A stretch of 64,000 bases of DNA, taken from contig CAZGQR010000010.1 of NCBI GenBank assembly GCA_964527765.1, positions 1,680 through 65,679 on the forward strand. The letters run 5' to 3'. The stretch comes from an uncultured Planctomycetia bacterium. Its GTDB lineage: Bacteria > Omnitrophota > Gorgyraeia > Tantalellales > Tantalellaceae. Below the pieces are notes generated by a model. The model was not told the origin of the DNA and did not search any database. It was given only the letters and a program-made list of their open reading frames with translations. Below, piece after piece: positions 60,367 to 64,000 of the stretch. Each line of letters begins with the position of its first letter. The first letter of the stretch is position 1. Both the position numbers and the translations under genes were made by a program.

Positions 60367-63153
60367 ATGCCTCAAATGTATAGAGGGCCAGAAGATCAGG
60401 CAAGACATGAAAGGATAAATCCTGCTTTAGAAGCAGCTGGATGGGAAGTGCAACACTTCTCCACAGCCAATATTTATGCCTCTAAGGGGGTTGCTGTTGA
60501 ATATTTTCAGATGGGTAAAGGAGTAGGTGAGGCTGACTACGTGCTCTTTGTAAACGGCAAAGCCGTTGGCATTATCGAAGCAAAGAAAGAAGGAGAAACC
60601 CTTATAGGCAAAGAGTTCCAGTCGGGAAAGTATGCCCAGGGTTTTCCCAAAGAATTCCAGTATGTAGATCTGCCCTTACCATTTGTGTATGAATCAACTG
60701 GGTCAGAAACAAGGTTTACCAATCTGTGGGATCCTAAGCCAAGGAGCAGAGAGGTTTTTAACTTTCACAAGCCTGATACAATGGAAGAATGGGTAAATGA
60801 CAACACTGATACCCTCCGGAAAAGGTTGCTGAAACAGGCTGATATTGAGAATAAAGGTTTATGGGATGTTCAGAAAAGAGCTGTAGAAAGCCTTGAAGAC
60901 TCATTAAGAGGAGCTCACCCCAGGGCTCTTATCCAGATGGCGACAGGTTCAGGTAAGACATACACAGCGGTAAATATCTGCTATCGTCTTATCAAAAATG
61001 CCAAAGCAAAGAAAATCCTATTCTTGGTTGATAGAGGCAACCTGGGGCACCAGACATTACAGGAGTTCCAGAATTTCACTGTTCCCAAGGATGGACGCAA
61101 GTTTACGGAACTCTATAATGTGCAGCATTTGACTTCTAATGTAGTAGATGATGTTTCAAGGGTATGCATATCCACCATACAGCGGGTCTACTCGATGCTT
61201 AAAGGGGAGAAGGAGTTAGATGCGGTAGATGAAACAAAGTCAGGCTTTGAGTCAGATTATTTTCTTGCGCCTGCTCCGGTTGAATACAACCCGATGATAC
61301 CGATAGAGACATTTGATTTTATTATAGTTGATGAATGTCACAGGTCGATCTATAACCTCTGGAAACAGGTGCTTGATTATTTTGATGCTTTTCTTGTCGG
61401 TCTTACCGCGACTCCCTCTAAAAGTACTATAGGGTTCTTTAACAAAAACCTTGTCATGGAATATACACATGAAGAAGCTGTTGCCCATGATATCAATGTT
61501 GATTTTAGTGTTTACAAGATAAGAACAAAAATCACAGGGGAAGGGTCAACAATAAACGCTGGTGAGGTTGTCCAGAAAAGAGACAGAAGGACCAGGAGAA
61601 AAAAGTGGGAACAGCTTGAGGATGAGGTGACCTATGATGCCGACCAGCTTGACAGGGCGGTAGTATCAAAAGACCAGATAAGGACAGTTGTTCGTACATT
61701 TAAAGATAAACTGTTTACAGAGATATTCCCAGGAAGAAAACATGTTCCCAAAACTTTGATATACGCAAAAGACGATAACCATGCAGAAGAGATAGTTGAG
61801 ATAATAAGGGAAGAGTTCAACGAAGGCAATGATTTTGCCGTAAAGATTACATATAAGACAGAGGGTGAGACGCCTGAGAATTTGATAAGGCAGTTCCGTA
61901 ATGATTTTAATCCAAGAATAGCCGTTACGGTAGACATGATAGCAACCGGGACTGATATCAAACCGCTTGAGATAGTTTTTTTCATGCGGTCGGTTAAAAG
62001 CAGGAACTACTTTGAGCAGATGAAGGGTAGGGGAGTGAGGGTTATCAGGAATGACGACTTTAAGGCAGTTACGCCTGATGCCATGGCAAAAGAGAGATTT
62101 GTCATAATTGATGCCGTAGGGGTTACTGAGGATGATGACCTGAGCGATACAAGGCCGCTTGAGCAGTCTCCAAGCATGTCATTCAAGAAGCTTCTCACCG
62201 CTATCCGTTATGGTAAGCCAAACAAGGAACTCCTTTCATCATTATCAGGCAGGTTGGTGAGATTGCACAAGAAACTGACGGATGAACAGATAAAAGAGAT
62301 CAAAGAGCTGACAGGAGGCAAGGGGCTAAAAGACTTTGCTTATGATTTTGTGTTGGCAATAGACGAAGACAGGGTATTTCAGCAGGCTCTTGATGAGTAT
62401 GCAGAAAAAGGTGTGCCCGAAGAATATGCTCCTCAAGAAGAAGACTTGGATAGTGCTTCAGAAAAAAGGATGATAGAAGCTATTAAGCCATTTATCGGTA
62501 ATGCCAAGCTTATGGAAAGGCTCCCTGAGATTAAAGCCGAGACAGAACAGATTATTGATGATGTTTCTATTGATGCAGTTAAAGAGGCAGGGTATTCCCC
62601 GATAGCTACGGAGAAGGCCAAGAGTGTTATTAAATCCTTCAAAGAGTTTATAGAGAAAAATAAAGATGAGTTAACTGCGCTTCAAGCTTTTTACAACAAA
62701 GGCAAGCTGCATTGGGATGACCTTAAAGTATTGTCCGAGAAAATCAAAACACCGCCGTATTGTTTGACTCCAGCAGTAATATGGCAGGCGTATAAACAGC
62801 TTGAGGCAAGCAAGGTGCACGGTAAGCGGCTGACTAAGATAGCAGATTTTGTATCACTATTAAGGTTTGAGCTTGAGAAAGCGGATGAGATAGAACCTTT
62901 CTCAGATACAGTTGATAAGAGATTTTCCAGATGGCTCAGTGAGCAAAGAACTATGGGGGTCGAGTTTACTCAGGAGCAGCTTAACTGGCTTGAGAAGATC
63001 AAACATCATATAGCAGAGTCTATAGAGATTATACCGGATGATTTCGAATATGCTCCATTTGATCAAATGGGAGGGCTAGGAAAAGCCTCCACGGTATTTG
63101 GGCCAGAATTTAATTTAATATTAAGGCAATTATCAGAAACGTTGGTTATATAA
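60367..63153 (+). CDS. hsdR: Type I restriction enzyme R subunit (HsdR; SF2 helicase/translocase + nuclease)
   Basis: The Walker A motif is QMATGSGKTYTAV and the DEAH-box is IIVDECHRS. Motif III TATP and motif VI-like QMKGRGVR are present. The length is 928 aa. It is followed immediately by hsdS. Confidence 0.85.
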   Translation: MPQMYRGPEDQARHERINPALEAAGWEVQHFSTANIYASKGVAVEYFQMGKGVGEADYVLFVNGKAVGIIEAKKEGETLIGKEFQSGKYAQGFPKEFQYVDLPLPFVYESTGSETRFTNLWDPKPRSREVFNFHKPDTMEEWVNDNTDTLRKRLLKQADIENKGLWDVQKRAVESLEDSLRGAHPRALIQMATGSGKTYTAVNICYRLIKNAKAKKILFLVDRGNLGHQTLQEFQNFTVPKDGRKFTELYNVQHLTSNVVDDVSRVCISTIQRVYSMLKGEKELDAVDETKSGFESDYFLAPAPVEYNPMIPIETFDFIIVDECHRSIYNLWKQVLDYFDAFLVGLTATPSKSTIGFFNKNLVMEYTHEEAVAHDINVDFSVYKIRTKITGEGSTINAGEVVQKRDRRTRRKKWEQLEDEVTYDADQLDRAVVSKDQIRTVVRTFKDKLFTEIFPGRKHVPKTLIYAKDDNHAEEIVEIIREEFNEGNDFAVKITYKTEGETPENLIRQFRNDFNPRIAVTVDMIATGTDIKPLEIVFFMRSVKSRNYFEQMKGRGVRVIRNDDFKAVTPDAMAKERFVIIDAVGVTEDDDLSDTRPLEQSPSMSFKKLLTAIRYGKPNKELLSSLSGRLVRLHKKLTDEQIKEIKELTGGKGLKDFAYDFVLAIDEDRVFQQALDEYAEKGVPEEYAPQEEDLDSASEKRMIEAIKPFIGNAKLMERLPEIKAETEQIIDDVSIDAVKEAGYSPIATEKAKSVIKSFKEFIEKNKDELTALQAFYNKGKLHWDDLKVLSEKIKTPPYCLTPAVIWQAYKQLEASKVHGKRLTKIADFVSLLRFELEKADEIEPFSDTVDKRFSRWLSEQRTMGVEFTQEQLNWLEKIKHHIAESIEIIPDDFEYAPFDQMGGLGKASTVFGPEFNLILRQLSETLVI

Positions 63154-64000
63154 ATGGGAAAACAATACGATTGGGAAAAAGTTCCTATAGAAAATATTTG
63201 CAAGAAAATACAATATGGGCTTACTTCGAAATCTGGGTGTGAATATAAGGGGCCAAAGTATTTGAGAATTACAGATATCCAAGAAGGAAGTGTTGAGTGG
63301 GATAGTGTTCCTCGTAGTTCGGTTACATCTGGGTTAGAGAAGTATTTCTTGAAACCAGGAGACATAGTTTTCGCTAGGACAGGCGCAACCGTTGGTAAGA
63401 GTTTTTTAATAAAGACATTGCCTGAAAAAGCTGTATTTGCTTCTTATCTAATTAGGATTATTTCAGATCAAGAAAAAGTTGTTCCCGAGTTTTTATGGTA
63501 TTACTTCCAGTCTCCAATGTATTGGAGTGTTATATCAGAGAAGCAAAGGGGGATAGGTCAACCAAATGTTAATGGTAAAATTTTAGGGGCAATAAGAGTG
63601 CCTATGCCGGAAAGTATAGAGATGCAATCTAAAATGGTTGAAGAGCTCGATGCACAATTTACTCGACTAGATTCAGCAGTAAAAACATTGAAAAAACTAA
63701 AGGACAAACTAAAATCTTATAGACAAAGCATATTAAAGGCCGCTTTTGAGAATAGACTTCTTGAGAGTAATGACAAATGGGAGAAAGGTGCTATTCTGGA
63801 TTATTGCAAAAAAGTGAAACAACTTAATCTTAAATCAGAAAACTTCAATCATTTTACATATATTGATATAAGTTCAGTTGATAATGATAGGCAAAAAATT
63901 GTAGACCCTAAGATACTTGCATCGGACGAGGCTCCTTCAAGGGCCAAGCAAGAGACACTGCCAGGTGACATAGTTTATTCAACAGTTAGAGTTTATTTGA
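63154..64000 (+). CDS. hsdS: Type I restriction-modification specificity subunit (HsdS), 3'-truncated by the window edge
   Basis: The ATG starts 1 nt after the hsdR stop. The N-terminal TRD signature is GPKYLRITDIQEGSVEW ... VFARTGATVGKSFLI. A central coiled-coil region is LKKLKDKLKSYRQSILKAAFE. Confidence 0.75.
   Translation, partial: MGKQYDWEKVPIENICKKIQYGLTSKSGCEYKGPKYLRITDIQEGSVEWDSVPRSSVTSGLEKYFLKPGDIVFARTGATVGKSFLIKTLPEKAVFASYLIRIISDQEKVVPEFLWYYFQSPMYWSVISEKQRGIGQPNVNGKILGAIRVPMPESIEMQSKMVEELDAQFTRLDSAVKTLKKLKDKLKSYRQSILKAAFENRLLESNDKWEKGAILDYCKKVKQLNLKSENFNHFTYIDISSVDNDRQKIVDPKILASDEAPSRAKQETLPGDIVYSTVRVYL

Larger units (their letters stand above)
56245..64000 (+). mobile_element. Genomic island inserted at the 3' end of ssrA. 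It carries a Type I R-M system and phage-type regulators and runs off the window.
   Basis: It starts directly after the tmRNA CCA. It is visibly more AT-rich than the upstream DNA. It contains AlpA-like and excisionase-like HTH genes, a MerR-like gene, unknown ORFs and hsdR-hsdS. A short tandem repeat ATCGTGGTG lies at the junction (56391-56420). tmRNA 3' ends are classical island attachment sites. Confidence 0.6.

Noticed and set aside
1-64000. CRISPR arrays or cas genes
   Set aside because: No array of regularly spaced direct repeats was seen anywhere in the window. The only short tandem repeats are the 12-mer at 56391-56420 and the in-frame 297-nt protein repeats.
56245-64000. Integrase or recombinase for the ssrA-linked island
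   Set aside because: No tyrosine or serine recombinase signature (R..H..R..Y, or S-recombinase catalytic Ser) was found in any island ORF within the window. It is presumably beyond nt 64000, so mobility is inferred only from context.

Overview
The window is dominated by a tandem cluster of giant plus-strand genes that fuse many recognizable enzyme modules into single polypeptides. (1) A 5'-truncated ORF (1..3087) carries a PEP-utilizing-enzyme TIM-barrel domain and a ~390-aa C-terminal module. (2) An uninterrupted 29.7-kb ORF (3577..33264, 9,895 aa) has an N-terminal hydrophobic anchor followed by a conserved ~420-aa N-terminal module. In order, it then contains a PRPP-synthetase-like module, a NagB-like glucosamine-6-P deaminase module, TPR repeats and 4 tandem ~99-aa repeats. 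These are followed by three HD-like domains (two clear, one degenerate), two copies of a HIT-like module, a 2H-phosphoesterase-like module and a sugar-1-P nucleotidyltransferase with a hexapeptide beta-helix. Near the C-terminus lie a radical-SAM domain (CxxxCxxC plus GGEP), another HD-like domain and the same C-terminal module as ORF(1). The domains are separated by a recurring proline-kinked transmembrane-hairpin module. (3) An 8.4-kb ORF (33473..41875, 2,800 aa) has the same N-terminal module. It fuses an NDP-sugar pyrophosphorylase with beta-helix, a four-motif phosphohexomutase (PGM/PMM) and a type-I phosphomannose isomerase, which together make a complete GDP-mannose route in one protein. 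Downstream is a glycan-utilization locus with two ABC permeases, two clan GH-A hydrolases (one with a discoidin domain), two CBM-like paralogs, a ROK regulator and a solute-binding protein. Next come an outer-membrane beta-barrel gene, htpX, a GT2 glycosyltransferase, a YdjC/ChbG-like deacetylase, tRNA-Leu(CAG), smpB and tmRNA (ssrA). Directly 3' of ssrA begins an AT-rich genomic island with MerR-like, AlpA-like and excisionase-like HTH genes, unknown cargo, and a Type I restriction system (hsdR plus the start of hsdS). The island runs off the window end. The gene architecture resembles the giant-gene loci reported from uncultivated Omnitrophota-like bacteria, but the taxonomic assignment is only inferred.
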